Assembly: GCA_001800135.1 (NCBI GenBank)
Contig: MGUU01000010.1
Span: 115,696-179,695, forward strand
Reading direction: 5' to 3'
Source of the DNA: Elusimicrobia bacterium RIFCSPLOWO2_02_FULL_39_32
GTDB lineage: Bacteria; Elusimicrobiota; Elusimicrobia; 2-02-FULL-39-32
Length of the DNA: 64,000 nt
Shown here piece by piece: positions 24,740-34,657 of the stretch. Position numbers and translations under genes: made by a program. The first letter of the stretch is position 1. Each line of letters begins with the position of its first letter. Below the pieces are notes generated by a model. It searched no databases, was not told where the DNA came from, and was given only the letters and a program-made list of their open reading frames with translations.

Positions 24740-25793
24740 TTTTTACTTTAGAAAGCCAATAGCTTATAGAAATTGCTAGGATCAGAATTACGGCATAAAT
24801 AGTTACTGCCCACCAAAACCAGATGATAGTGGTTAGCCATGCGCAGGTGCTTAAAAAAAGAGTTGTATAGATGGCAAGAGAAACAATGTAAGCCCTGTCC
24901 AGTCCCATTTTTTCAAGACGCAAGGCAAAATGATCTTTGCTGCCTAAAAAGGGAGACATTCCTTTTTTATAGCGTAAGTACATGACAAAAAATGTATCGT
25001 AAATAGGCACGCCTAAAATTAAGATAGGAGCAAGCACTCCCGCGTTATGAAAGGTAGTATAAGATGTCCCTAAGGAAAGCGAGCCTAAAATAAAGCCAAT
25101 AAAAAGGCTGCCGGTATCTCCCATGAACATTTTTTGATTTTTTGAGAAGTTATAGGGAAGAAATCCAAAACAGGCTCCTGCTAGGGCGCCAGCTGTTAAA
25201 TTAACATAGAACTGTTCTGTGGGTAAGGATATAAATAAAAATGCCAAGGCAGCGATCAGGGCTGTTCCGGCGGCAAGCCCATCCATAATATCAATAATAT
25301 TCACAGCATTCATAACCCCGGTAATCCATATAACGGTTAGAATAAATGCTAGCCAGCGCGGTTGAGCAAACTGAATGTGAATTCCATAAAAAAGCAATAC
25401 TGAGCTTGCTGCAATTTGAATCAGGAATTTTTTTTTGTAAGACAATCCCCCCAGCACAATATCATCTACTAAGCCAAGTAAAAACACTAAGAAGCCTCCG
25501 AAAAATATCCCTTGAATTGGACGTAATAGACCAGGAGGATAATCGGATAAATAACGGCTAATCGTTAGACTTAATATAAAAGCTAATGCGATCGCGCAAC
25601 CACCTAAATATGGAGTGGATTGTTGGTGAGTTTTAATATTCGAACTTGGATGATCTAAAATATTATAGCGAAGAGCGATCCATCTAAAAACCGGTGCAAG
25701 TAAAAAGGAAAAAGTCGTGGCTAATAGAAACGCAATAAAAAAAAGAGAAAATTGGTTGGTGATTATGCTGGAGGTATCTGCGAGAAGAGGCAT
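24732..25793 (-). CDS. Polyprenyl-phosphate HexNAc-1-phosphate transferase (WecA/MraY family)
   Basis: 353-aa polytopic protein. Motifs: DDIVLGG..., NAVNIIDIMDGLA (the NxxNxxDGxDGL motif), and FMGDTGSLFIGF. Confidence 0.8.
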   Translation of the reverse strand: MPLLADTSSIITNQFSLFFIAFLLATTFSFLLAPVFRWIALRYNILDHPSSNIKTHQQSTPYLGGCAIALAFILSLTISRYLSDYPPGLLRPIQGIFFGGFLVFLLGLVDDIVLGGLSYKKKFLIQIAASSVLLFYGIHIQFAQPRWLAFILTVIWITGVMNAVNIIDIMDGLAAGTALIAALAFLFISLPTEQFYVNLTAGALAGACFGFLPYNFSKNQKMFMGDTGSLFIGFILGSLSLGTSYTTFHNAGVLAPILILGVPIYDTFFVMYLRYKKGMSPFLGSKDHFALRLEKMGLDRAYIVSLAIYTTLFLSTCAWLTTIIWFWWAVTIYAVILILAISISYWLSKVKID

Positions 25794-26557
25794 ATTTTAA
25801 TTTTAAACCATTTTGCCAGGATATATAAAAGAAGGGTCCAAAGGGTTTCTAACCCGTAACGCACGCTTTTACAGAAATTAATGCTAGAAGCATCCTTAAA
25901 ATATTTAGCTGGGACAGGGACATCCCCTATTCGTAAATTTAAGAAAGCTGATTGTATCAAAAATTGTTGATCAAAGACAAATTCATTAGAATTTATTCTC
26001 CAAGGGACTTCTTTTATAACTTTTCTTTTGTAAGCTCTTAGTCCTGAGTGAAATTCTCCTAGATTTTGACCAAGAATACAATTTTCAAGTATTGTTAAAA
26101 AGCGGTTGGCAAAATATTTATAGAGAGGCATGCCTCCTTTTAACGCTTCTTTTCGGGATCGGATGCGGTTACCCAACATAATATCACAAATATCAAGCTC
26201 TAAGGGCAGAATCAATGAAGGTATAACCCTGGCATCATATTGGTAATCCGGGTGAATCATCACAATGATATGTGCGTCAGTTTTTAAAGCATGGTCATAG
26301 CATGTTTTTTGATTGGCTCCATATCCCCCGTTTACTTTACGCTCAAGAACTTTTAATCCCAAATTTTTTGTAATTTTCACAGTTTCATCTTTGGAAGCAT
26401 CATCTACTACGAGCGTTTCAAAATCAAGTTCTTTAGGGATTGAATTAAAGGTGGCTTCAATGGTTTTAGCCGCATTATAGGCAGGCATTACAATTAAAAT
26501 TTTTGTCTTATTTTTTATTTCCAAATTGTAACCTCTCTTCTTTTGATTATAAAACAT
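25763..26557 (-). CDS. Glycosyltransferase family 2 (polyprenyl-phosphate sugar synthase-like)
   Basis: 264 aa with IVMPAYNAAKTIE, VVDDASKDET and the DxD-like HPDYQYD. A C-terminal hydrophobic segment is present (LWTLLLYILAKWF). Confidence 0.75.
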   Translation of the reverse strand: MFYNQKKRGYNLEIKNKTKILIVMPAYNAAKTIEATFNSIPKELDFETLVVDDASKDETVKITKNLGLKVLERKVNGGYGANQKTCYDHALKTDAHIIVMIHPDYQYDARVIPSLILPLELDICDIMLGNRIRSRKEALKGGMPLYKYFANRFLTILENCILGQNLGEFHSGLRAYKRKVIKEVPWRINSNEFVFDQQFLIQSAFLNLRIGDVPVPAKYFKDASSINFCKSVRYGLETLWTLLLYILAKWFKIKICLFSQIPPA

Positions 26558-28716
26558 AGAGAAGCAATAGAAAAGAGTACGCTAAGAACGCTTAAAACAG
26601 AGCCTAAATAGAATTCTTTAGGTTGGTAGAGCCAGAATATTTTTTCAATTGGAAATTTTTTTTGATGAAATTTAACTCCTTGAAAATATCCAAAAACTTG
26701 AAATGGGAAAAAATGGTCCCCAGATTCACTCCATACTTTCCACCCGGGGTAGAATGCCTCAGAGAGAAAAAGCCAGCAACTGGATTCTTCATTGGTTTTT
26801 AATCCAATCTTAAAACTTTTAGCAGATGTCCTTTTAAAGGAGAAACATTCGCTATTTTTTTTAGGTAAGTTTTCATAAGCATTTTCATTCAAGGAAGTAT
26901 GGTATTGAAGGAGTTCACTGTTTGGATTAAAAGAGGGTGAATCAAGGGTTGAAATAAGGGAATTTAAATTTGAAAATTTATTTAATGCATAATAGATTTT
27001 AAGGCTAGGTCCATGGCTGGGATTTTCATAAATGAAAAGATTATTTTCATTATATTTTAAAGGCCAGTGTGACTGAATAGGGTAGACTGAAATTAGAAAT
27101 TTCGTTCCAAAAAGAGCAAAAGAATTTTTATTAGGATAGATCAGATCAACCCCAGTTGTATAAATTGAATTGGGACCTTGGCTAAAAAAGAAATAGTTTA
27201 AAAGAGATCTTTGCAAGATTGCCTCATAACCATTGACATTGAGCAGCTGAAAAAAAATCGCTTTATTGGGGTTGGGTACACTGTAAGTAGTAAAAATTCT
27301 ATTTTGATATGGGGCATTATGAATTGATTTAGCGTTTTGATTGATTAGCCATTCAAGCGCCTGCGATTTACCTAGTTTTTCTTGTGGATTTTCTGACCAA
27401 ATAAAATCTTTTCCATTTGAAAATAGATCTAGGAAGATTAAACTTAAAAAAATAATTTTTACGAATGTTTTTTTATTTTTAAAGTATTTTTCCCAAAAAA
27501 AACTTGCACTCAAAATGAAAATAAAAAATAATAAAAAGTAAAATCTAGCGGGAACCCTTAAAAATCCAAAAGCCTTCCAAATCAAAGAATAACCTGGGCT
27601 GTTTTTTCCCATTGCAAGCATGAGGAAAAGAAAAGTTAAAATTGGTAAAAACATTTTTTTTCGTTTCATTAGGGACCAGATGCCTGCCAAAGCAAAGAGT
27701 AAAGGCAGTATGCCAAAATAAAGCGCATTGGTTTCAAAATATTGAGAAGGATGTTCCGGGTCTTCATAATCCATGTCCAAGGGGCTTCCGAATTTTTTTG
27801 GGATCAGTAGCGTGATCAGGTCTTTCCATCGCATGGAATAAGAGGTCGCGAATTGATAAGCGGTTTGAAGGTTGTGCGGCTTGATTGTTTGAGAGCGGCT
27901 AGAATAAAGATAGTAGTTTAAAGTAGGTAGAAATTGGATTGCTGAAATAGAAAAAAATAAAAGGATGTTTATAAGTCCTATTTTAATTAGTTTATTTTTT
28001 TCTATACTAGAAGATAAATAGAGTTTTTGAATAAAAAGAAGAAAAATTAGAAAAACAGTATGCACCCATACTTGGCTGTGCCCTGAGAAAAACTGAAGGC
28101 TCAAGCTGATTGTAAAAATAAAAACGTTCCAATTTTTTTTATCCTGGTTAGAATAAACTGTTTGAAAGAAAAATAGCATTACAAAAGGAAAAAAAGCGTA
28201 TCCAGACAGGTGGATCAAATGGCCTGAAGCTAGTTTGGATAGAAAGAAAAATGAATAGGACCAAGTTAACCCGCCAAAAAGACTGGCAGTGCGCGTCCTG
28301 CCTAAATGATAGAGCAAGAGCATCATGCCTAGACCATTAATAAAAATATGTAGAATGGTAAAGAGATTAAAAGAAATGTTTAAAGGTAAAAAATAAAAAA
28401 GCATGGAGGCAGGGAAGAAAAGAGCTGATTGGGGCGAAGCAAGAAAAGGAGCCCCAGCAAAGATATAGGGGTTCCAAAGGGGAAAAGAACCTTGCTGTAA
28501 ATTTATTTTAGAGAAGTTTCTATAGGGCGCTGCGTATTGATAAACATCACCAAAGTTGCCAACAATTCCATGGGTCCAGATCAATGGAAAACAAAAAACC
28601 AGAGTGAAAAAAATTAATATCTTAGTTGATGAGTTAAGCATTTTAAATGGATTCGCATAAAAAAGAGAGTCAATATTAATATCGTAAATATAAATAAAAT
28701 CATTCCAATTTTCCAA
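26515..28716 (-). CDS. Polytopic GT-C-like membrane protein (YfhO-like), paralog 1
   Basis: 733 aa with more than 10 TM helices followed by a large C-terminal soluble domain. It shares LWNPY..G.PFLA..QSA..(F/Y)P and a C-terminal (F/Y)YPGW motif with the next gene. The start is uncertain because the ORF overlaps the upstream gene by about 100 nt. Confidence 0.55.
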   Translation of the reverse strand: MENWNDFIYIYDINIDSLFYANPFKMLNSSTKILIFFTLVFCFPLIWTHGIVGNFGDVYQYAAPYRNFSKINLQQGSFPLWNPYIFAGAPFLASPQSALFFPASMLFYFLPLNISFNLFTILHIFINGLGMMLLLYHLGRTRTASLFGGLTWSYSFFFLSKLASGHLIHLSGYAFFPFVMLFFFQTVYSNQDKKNWNVFIFTISLSLQFFSGHSQVWVHTVFLIFLLFIQKLYLSSSIEKNKLIKIGLINILLFFSISAIQFLPTLNYYLYSSRSQTIKPHNLQTAYQFATSYSMRWKDLITLLIPKKFGSPLDMDYEDPEHPSQYFETNALYFGILPLLFALAGIWSLMKRKKMFLPILTFLFLMLAMGKNSPGYSLIWKAFGFLRVPARFYFLLFFIFILSASFFWEKYFKNKKTFVKIIFLSLIFLDLFSNGKDFIWSENPQEKLGKSQALEWLINQNAKSIHNAPYQNRIFTTYSVPNPNKAIFFQLLNVNGYEAILQRSLLNYFFFSQGPNSIYTTGVDLIYPNKNSFALFGTKFLISVYPIQSHWPLKYNENNLFIYENPSHGPSLKIYYALNKFSNLNSLISTLDSPSFNPNSELLQYHTSLNENAYENLPKKNSECFSFKRTSAKSFKIGLKTNEESSCWLFLSEAFYPGWKVWSESGDHFFPFQVFGYFQGVKFHQKKFPIEKIFWLYQPKEFYLGSVLSVLSVLFSIASLCFIIKRREVTIWK

Positions 28717-30671
28717 GAGACCGGCTGATAAACTAAATAAAGCAGATGATCTCCATCTGTTAGATGAGATCCTGTAAAATAGTTTCTAAACATAAAAGTT
28801 GGTATTTTTTTATTTGGTTTTGAATCGCAGGTTGCGCAATAGAGCTCCCATCCAGGGTAATAAGGCATTGTAAAAATAACTAACTTAGCAGTCTCAAGAA
28901 TAAATTGGCTGATAATTTTATGGTTGTAAATTTTTATAAACGAAGGTGAAGAAAATTCTAATTTTTTTTGATTTTTAGAAATTGGTAGATTTTCTTTATT
29001 TTCTAAACTGAATGCAGACCCCAATGCTTCTAGATTTCTATAAATTTTTAAATCTTTCTCCTGACCGATTAGTTTCCAATCAGATCCCAAAAAATCTTCT
29101 GTTAGAAAGTGTGTAATATTCCAAAAATTAATAAGAGGTTTAGCTTCCTCAATCGAGACTGATGAAGCAAGGGCTTGATAAAGCTCCTGAAAGGAGTTGA
29201 GGGCTAAAGGTTCTCCGGATGGATTAATGGTTTTAATCCTGTAGGGTAGGTTTGTGAGGTCAAATAGATAGGCTCTAAATCGCATCTGGGCATCTTGAGA
29301 GGACATTCCTGCCAATCTTCTCTGGGAGTTCACCTTATGAGAAAGAAGAACAGTCCCAGGACGATCCTTTAATACGGATTTTATCGCATTAAAAGTGACC
29401 TGATAGTATTCAGGAATAATAGTTGGTGTAATATTTTTAGAATAAAACCAAAGTTCTAAGGAGAGAGCAAGGGTTAAAAGTAGCAGGATAAGTTTTTTAA
29501 AATTTTTATTTAGCTTTGCTGTTTGAATCGAGTGAAAACCAACAAGCATTAGAAGCGCGATTGAAGAGGTTGTTAAGTAAAGTGCCACAGGAGGATATCG
29601 GAAAAGATGAAGGAAAGAAATTTTTGCATAAAAGAATTCAAAAAAAGGACAGTATTCCCCCATGGACCAAAGAATTCCAATAGCGCTTAAAGACACTACC
29701 AGCGCTATTAATTTTTTATATTTTGATATTAATGAGAAAAGTATAAGAAAGGATGCGGTAAAACCCCACCAAGCGCTCCAAATCCAAAAGAATTTTTCTC
29801 CTGTAAAACGATCTGAATGGTGTAAAATTCTAAAAGGGTAAATTAAACCAAACAGACTATCTAAAGGGAAGGAATAGGTTACAGCTTCTGAAAAGGAAAT
29901 CCCAGGACCTCCGCGAATTGAGTTCTGCAAAAGTTCTAAAGTAGGCATCCATTGCGGGGCGCTCATAAAAATAAAGAGAATCAGAATTTTTATCCAATCC
30001 AAGATATTTTGTTTGAATCCGAATTTTCCATTATCTAATGCAATGTTGGACTTAAAGGAAGTAAAAATAAAAGAGAATAAAAATGCGAAAATTATCTGTA
30101 ATACTAAAATTTGCGGGAATCCAGAAAAGAAAGAAAAGGTAAGTACCAGACTGCAAAAAAAGAGCTGGGTCAGATTTTTTTTAGAGATTTTTTGAATGCA
30201 GAATATCAAAAGCCATGGCAGCCAGATCAAACTTCCTAAAACACTTAAGAACTCATGTCGAGTCAATGAATAGCCATTGTAGGCAAAAAGAACACTTCCT
30301 GAAAAGCTGATAATTTTAGAAAACCCGCATTTTTTTGCGAAAAGAAAAAATCCTAAAGAGGCTAGGGCATAGTGAAGAAAATGAAAACATTTCAGGCCTA
30401 TAACAAAATGAAAAATCCAAAAAAGGATAGTAAAAGGGTATAAAATGGCAGACTGGCAGTTCGCTAAAAATGGCATACCCCCCATTTCATAGGGGTTCCA
30501 CAGGGGCATAAGACCAGACTGAATCATTTGCGCGCTTAAAGATCTCCAAGGATGGAAAAGGTAGGTGATATCTCTCATAAAAAAAGTGTGTGAAGAAGTC
30601 AGGGTTCCAGAGAGAAAAAAAATTGGCAAACAAATCAGTAAAAGAATAGAGGTTTTATCTCTTTTGTCCAT
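28614..30671 (-). CDS. Polytopic GT-C-like membrane protein (YfhO-like), paralog 2
   Basis: 685 aa with the same architecture and motifs as 26515..28716 (LWNPYEMGGMPFLANCQSAILYP; PYYPGWELY). Confidence 0.55.
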   Translation of the reverse strand: MDKRDKTSILLLICLPIFFLSGTLTSSHTFFMRDITYLFHPWRSLSAQMIQSGLMPLWNPYEMGGMPFLANCQSAILYPFTILFWIFHFVIGLKCFHFLHYALASLGFFLFAKKCGFSKIISFSGSVLFAYNGYSLTRHEFLSVLGSLIWLPWLLIFCIQKISKKNLTQLFFCSLVLTFSFFSGFPQILVLQIIFAFLFSFIFTSFKSNIALDNGKFGFKQNILDWIKILILFIFMSAPQWMPTLELLQNSIRGGPGISFSEAVTYSFPLDSLFGLIYPFRILHHSDRFTGEKFFWIWSAWWGFTASFLILFSLISKYKKLIALVVSLSAIGILWSMGEYCPFFEFFYAKISFLHLFRYPPVALYLTTSSIALLMLVGFHSIQTAKLNKNFKKLILLLLTLALSLELWFYSKNITPTIIPEYYQVTFNAIKSVLKDRPGTVLLSHKVNSQRRLAGMSSQDAQMRFRAYLFDLTNLPYRIKTINPSGEPLALNSFQELYQALASSVSIEEAKPLINFWNITHFLTEDFLGSDWKLIGQEKDLKIYRNLEALGSAFSLENKENLPISKNQKKLEFSSPSFIKIYNHKIISQFILETAKLVIFTMPYYPGWELYCATCDSKPNKKIPTFMFRNYFTGSHLTDGDHLLYLVYQPVSWKIGMILFIFTILILTLFFMRIHLKCLTHQLRY

Positions 30672-32046
30672 TTATCTTTTCCTGATTTTTATAAAAAATA
30701 TAAGGGTTTCTATCTAAAATAATTTTTTGCAGATTTTGTCTTTCTTTTAAAAGGTGCGATTTTTTTGAATTTTTATTATATTGAATTTGGAGAATATGAG
30801 AAAGAGATAAATAATGTTGAAGAGGAAGATCATCCCATTTAAGAGCGGAGCGTAAGAATTTTTCAGCGGAAGGTAAGTTCTCTTTTTGATAAGATTCTTT
30901 TGCTTTTAAAGAATAATTGAATGATACTAAAGGTTTGATGCCTAATTCCCAGCCAAAGAATAAAATAAAGGGAAAAAAAATTGAATAAAAGGTTATGATT
31001 AAATTTTTTTTTCGTTGAATAACTCTATCCTTAATGGGTTCGCTTATGGAAGCAAGAATCAGAAAAAATAGAAGAAAGAAACCGGGAACATTTAGAGAGT
31101 AATCTAAAAGGCATTGCGTAAAAACTGAAATCAGACCAATTTTTAGGATTAGATTAGAGCTATTTTTTAATTCTTTAAAAATAAAATAAAATAAAAAAGT
31201 TGTCGCAAGAGTTCCTATTTCACATATATTTTGTAAAAAAAAGTTATGTACATAAAGGGATTTTAATCCGGGTTCTAAATAGATTGGAGAAACTTTTTCA
31301 AATGATCCTGGTCCTGATCCAAAAAATGGGTATTGGATTGCAATTTCAAATGCTGCTTTCCACCACCTGACCCTATCATTAATTGAACTCATCCGCCAGT
31401 GGCTTAAAAAGAAAAGTATCCCAGCCATTAAGCATAGAGTTAAGAACAAGAATAGGATTCGTTGGTTTTTTTCATTTTTATTAATGTTTCGAGTCAAATA
31501 TATCAGCCCAACAGATACCCCCAGAAGTCCTGCAAAAGATTCTGTGAAGTAGAAAGAAGCTAAGGCACAGCATAAAATAATTAAGGAAAATATTTTTATG
31601 TCATTATAGAAAGAAAGAGAGAAAAATAACCCTAGAATGGACAATGAACCGATGAAATTAGATTTAAGAAAAAATTCTTCTCTGGGATAAGGTGTTGAGG
31701 GATAGATTTCTATCAGTAAGGAAAATAATAAAAATAGAGAGGTCATAATGAGAATCGTTTTTTGTAATCTTATTTTATTAATTTCATTATATTTTTTAAC
31801 TATGAAATATAAAGAAAAGGTGTTAAAGATTAAAAGTGCATTAGTCCTGGCTTCTTCTTTAAAAGGTGAGAGTATCATGGAACCTACAAAGAAAATAAGA
31901 AATAAAAGAAAACTTAGAGGTAGGTCAGGAAAAGTGTGGTTTTTTTCTAAGAGAGCTATGGAGCTTAGGAAGAAATATAGTATTAAAATCAAAAGAAAAA
32001 TAAGGTGACTGGACCAAGGATCCCAGAGGAATCTATAGAATGGCAA
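30655..32046 (-). CDS. O-antigen ligase-like (Wzy_C domain) membrane protein
   Basis: 463-aa polytopic protein. The periplasmic-loop motif FFGSGPGSFE...YVHNFFLQNICEIGTL is typical of WaaL/PglL/Wzy_C proteins. Confidence 0.65.
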   Translation of the reverse strand: MPFYRFLWDPWSSHLIFLLILILYFFLSSIALLEKNHTFPDLPLSFLLFLIFFVGSMILSPFKEEARTNALLIFNTFSLYFIVKKYNEINKIRLQKTILIMTSLFLLFSLLIEIYPSTPYPREEFFLKSNFIGSLSILGLFFSLSFYNDIKIFSLIILCCALASFYFTESFAGLLGVSVGLIYLTRNINKNEKNQRILFLFLTLCLMAGILFFLSHWRMSSINDRVRWWKAAFEIAIQYPFFGSGPGSFEKVSPIYLEPGLKSLYVHNFFLQNICEIGTLATTFLFYFIFKELKNSSNLILKIGLISVFTQCLLDYSLNVPGFFLLFFLILASISEPIKDRVIQRKKNLIITFYSIFFPFILFFGWELGIKPLVSFNYSLKAKESYQKENLPSAEKFLRSALKWDDLPLQHYLSLSHILQIQYNKNSKKSHLLKERQNLQKIILDRNPYIFYKNQEKINGQKR

Positions 32047-32119
32047 AAAGATAACAATGATTCCTATAAGAAATGGGAATCCCTTTTTAAAGATGGAAGA
32101 AAGAGTGTTCAGAAAGAAT

Positions 32120-34093
32120 TTAATATGGAATAATTTTAGGCGTTACAAAGACAAGCAGCTCTGCTCTGGTTTTTGAAGTGCCAGTTTTTTTGAATAGGTG
32201 TCCAAGAATCGGGATTCTGCCTAGGATGGGTATATAAGCTTTTTGATCTGATTCAAGTTCTGAGATCAATCCTCCAATCACAAAGGTTTCCCCATCTTTT
32301 ACAATCACAGTGGTATCAGCTTGCTGGCTCGTAGTTTTTGGTATTCCAATGGATGTGGGCTGAGAAGAAGTAATGTCTGGCACAATTTTAAGTGTAATTC
32401 TTCCATCTGCATTGATAGTAGGCGTAACCGTAAGAGTAATGCCAGATTTAGCTGTATTCACTTTTTGAGAAGTTAGAGTTCCAGCATTCGTTAGCTGCGT
32501 TTCAGTAGTAATATAAGGTTCTGAGATTTCAGATTTGATGGAAGCGGGTTTGTTATTTAGAGTGGCCACTTTTGGATTAGATAGAAGTTTAGATTTATTT
32601 TTTTGCGCAAGAGCGCTTAATGCGGCATTCAGGCGCACTACATCTTTAACAAATCCAAAAGAAAGGCCCAATCCTTGACCTGGAGTAAAACCTGCGCCAC
32701 TGGCTTCTAAATCCGAGCCACCTGATGGATTAAGAGGAGTTCTAGTCATAAGACCAATGCTTCCAGATCCTGGAGTTTCTGCATCAGCGCTGCTTGCGGC
32801 TTTGGATGCTTTTGCCGCTCCAATGGTGATCATTTGGTTGCCTGATTTATCTGTGTAAGCAGCCCCCCATGTAATCCCTAAATCTAAACTTTTACCAAGA
32901 GTCACCTGTACAATTTTTGCTTCAATCATTACTTGAGGAGTGGGTTTATCTAAATCGCCAATTAGTTTATTGACTAGTTCAATGCCTTCAGGAGTGTCTG
33001 TCACAATAATGGAATTTGTCCTGTCATCTACTAATGTTTTACCTTTACCTGAGAGCGTTGATAAGATAGAGATTAACTGGGTGTTCACGTCGCCTGCTTT
33101 CGCGTAATTGACTTGAAATATTTTAGTCACTGAGATCGCTTTAGTTTTATATTGATCGAATTCTTCCGCAGTCATTATTTGTAAAATATTTTTACCCAGA
33201 GAGATAATTTTTAAATTTTTTAAAGTTAGAATAGTGCTGACCGCGTCTTTAAAAGGAACATCTTTTAATTGGATTGAAACTGTCCCAGAAACATTACTGC
33301 CAAATACCACATTCACCCCAGCTTTATCTCCTAGAATTTTAAAAAGGTCTTTAATTTCAATATCAAAAAAATCTAATGTCACTAGTTGTCTGCCAAAAAA
33401 GGTAGTGGGATCAGATGGATCATGCAGGTTTTCCTTGAGGATAGGCTCATTATTTAGAGGTTGAATTGGAGTTGTTTGCGATGTTTCTTGCGTGGAGGTT
33501 TTGGGTAAAATTAAAGAAGGTGTTGGAGAAACAAGAGGAGTAGATAAAGGAAGTGTGGTGGAATGTTTTATTAAAGTTGTTTCTTCATTTGGAGGTAATT
33601 GAGAATTTGTAATTGTTGTGAGCATTGGTTCCACCCCTTCTTTTTCCATTTTTTTAGTGATGACCCAAATGGTCTCCCCTTCAGTTTTAGTTTCAAATTC
33701 CACAGGCGCTCTTAGTTCCATGACTACACGGGCAATTTTAACCGGTTCATTTTGGAATTGTCCTGAACGGATCCTGGTAAAAATAGGATTTTTTTCAGGG
33801 CTGATCACTTTTGTTTTCCAGTCATTTTCAGTTTGGATGAGTTCTACAACCAATCTGGGAGGAGCACCTACTTTAAAAACATTAAATGGGGCTAATTTAT
33901 CTAAAGTGATTGAAACCATATTGTCTTTAAGCTGAACTTCTTTTAATATTGAAAATTTAGTTTGAGCTGACTCTGTAGCAGTCATGTCCACATTAACGCT
34001 ATGGAGAGCGTGAATGTTTAAAAAAATTAGGGCAGAGACGAATAATATTAAAAAGGTAAGAAACTTTTTTACCATTTTAAAAGAGTTTATCAT
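32120..34093 (-). CDS. pilQ: Type IV pilus secretin PilQ (AMIN domain + secretin)
   Basis: 657 aa. Elements in order: a signal peptide, an AMIN-like N-domain, a Ser/Thr/Pro linker, and a secretin C-domain (ITLTVTP.INADG.ITL...VKDGETFVIGGL...IPILG.IPILG.LFK). It follows pilMNOP. Confidence 0.85.
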   Translation of the reverse strand: MINSFKMVKKFLTFLILFVSALIFLNIHALHSVNVDMTATESAQTKFSILKEVQLKDNMVSITLDKLAPFNVFKVGAPPRLVVELIQTENDWKTKVISPEKNPIFTRIRSGQFQNEPVKIARVVMELRAPVEFETKTEGETIWVITKKMEKEGVEPMLTTITNSQLPPNEETTLIKHSTTLPLSTPLVSPTPSLILPKTSTQETSQTTPIQPLNNEPILKENLHDPSDPTTFFGRQLVTLDFFDIEIKDLFKILGDKAGVNVVFGSNVSGTVSIQLKDVPFKDAVSTILTLKNLKIISLGKNILQIMTAEEFDQYKTKAISVTKIFQVNYAKAGDVNTQLISILSTLSGKGKTLVDDRTNSIIVTDTPEGIELVNKLIGDLDKPTPQVMIEAKIVQVTLGKSLDLGITWGAAYTDKSGNQMITIGAAKASKAASSADAETPGSGSIGLMTRTPLNPSGGSDLEASGAGFTPGQGLGLSFGFVKDVVRLNAALSALAQKNKSKLLSNPKVATLNNKPASIKSEISEPYITTETQLTNAGTLTSQKVNTAKSGITLTVTPTINADGRITLKIVPDITSSQPTSIGIPKTTSQQADTTVIVKDGETFVIGGLISELESDQKAYIPILGRIPILGHLFKKTGTSKTRAELLVFVTPKIIPY

Positions 34094-34145
34094 ATTTTAA
34101 ATTTCCCCCGTTATTAAATCTGATTTAATTTTATTTTCCTATGAC

Positions 34146-34646
34146 TTATCTTTTAATAACATGTAATTCTTTAATCGTTTTATTTTTTCCATAAAGAACA
34201 ACACTTGTTTCCTTTATAATACCGGTTATGTTTTGAATGGTTTGACTCCTCTTATCATACAGTTTCCCTGATTTAAGGGTAAAGGACTCCCCATCTCTGG
34301 ATAATATTAATGCTATTTTACCATCTTTATCTTTTAAAATCCCCTTTAATTCTAGCTGTGAAAAATTTTCAGCGCTTCTCTGCGGGTCTCTTCTGGTTTG
34401 AGATTTTATTCCTTTGGAGCTGGAAGAATCTCCAATCAAAGCAAGAAATGGATCTCTTCCTGAACTTACGCCATAAATAAAGCGCGAGATAGGTTCCTTT
34501 TTAGCGCTTTCAAGTTGAGGGGCAATTTTTTTCTGAACAGAAATTTGTGTTTCCGGGTAGAGTATATTCAAGTTTTCTTCTTCATTTTTTTTGGAACAGG
34601 AATTTAAAGTTAAAAAGATAAATAATAAATAAAAAATTTTAATCAT
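34146..34646 (-). CDS. pilP: PilP-like pilus assembly lipoprotein
   Basis: 166 aa with a lipobox (LTLNSC). The C-terminal beta-domain pattern is LKGILKDKDGKIALILSRDGESFTLKSG.... It lies between pilO and pilQ. Confidence 0.6.
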   Translation of the reverse strand: MIKIFYLLFIFLTLNSCSKKNEEENLNILYPETQISVQKKIAPQLESAKKEPISRFIYGVSSGRDPFLALIGDSSSSKGIKSQTRRDPQRSAENFSQLELKGILKDKDGKIALILSRDGESFTLKSGKLYDKRSQTIQNITGIIKETSVVLYGKNKTIKELHVIKR

Positions 34647-34657
34647 TTTAAAAATAT

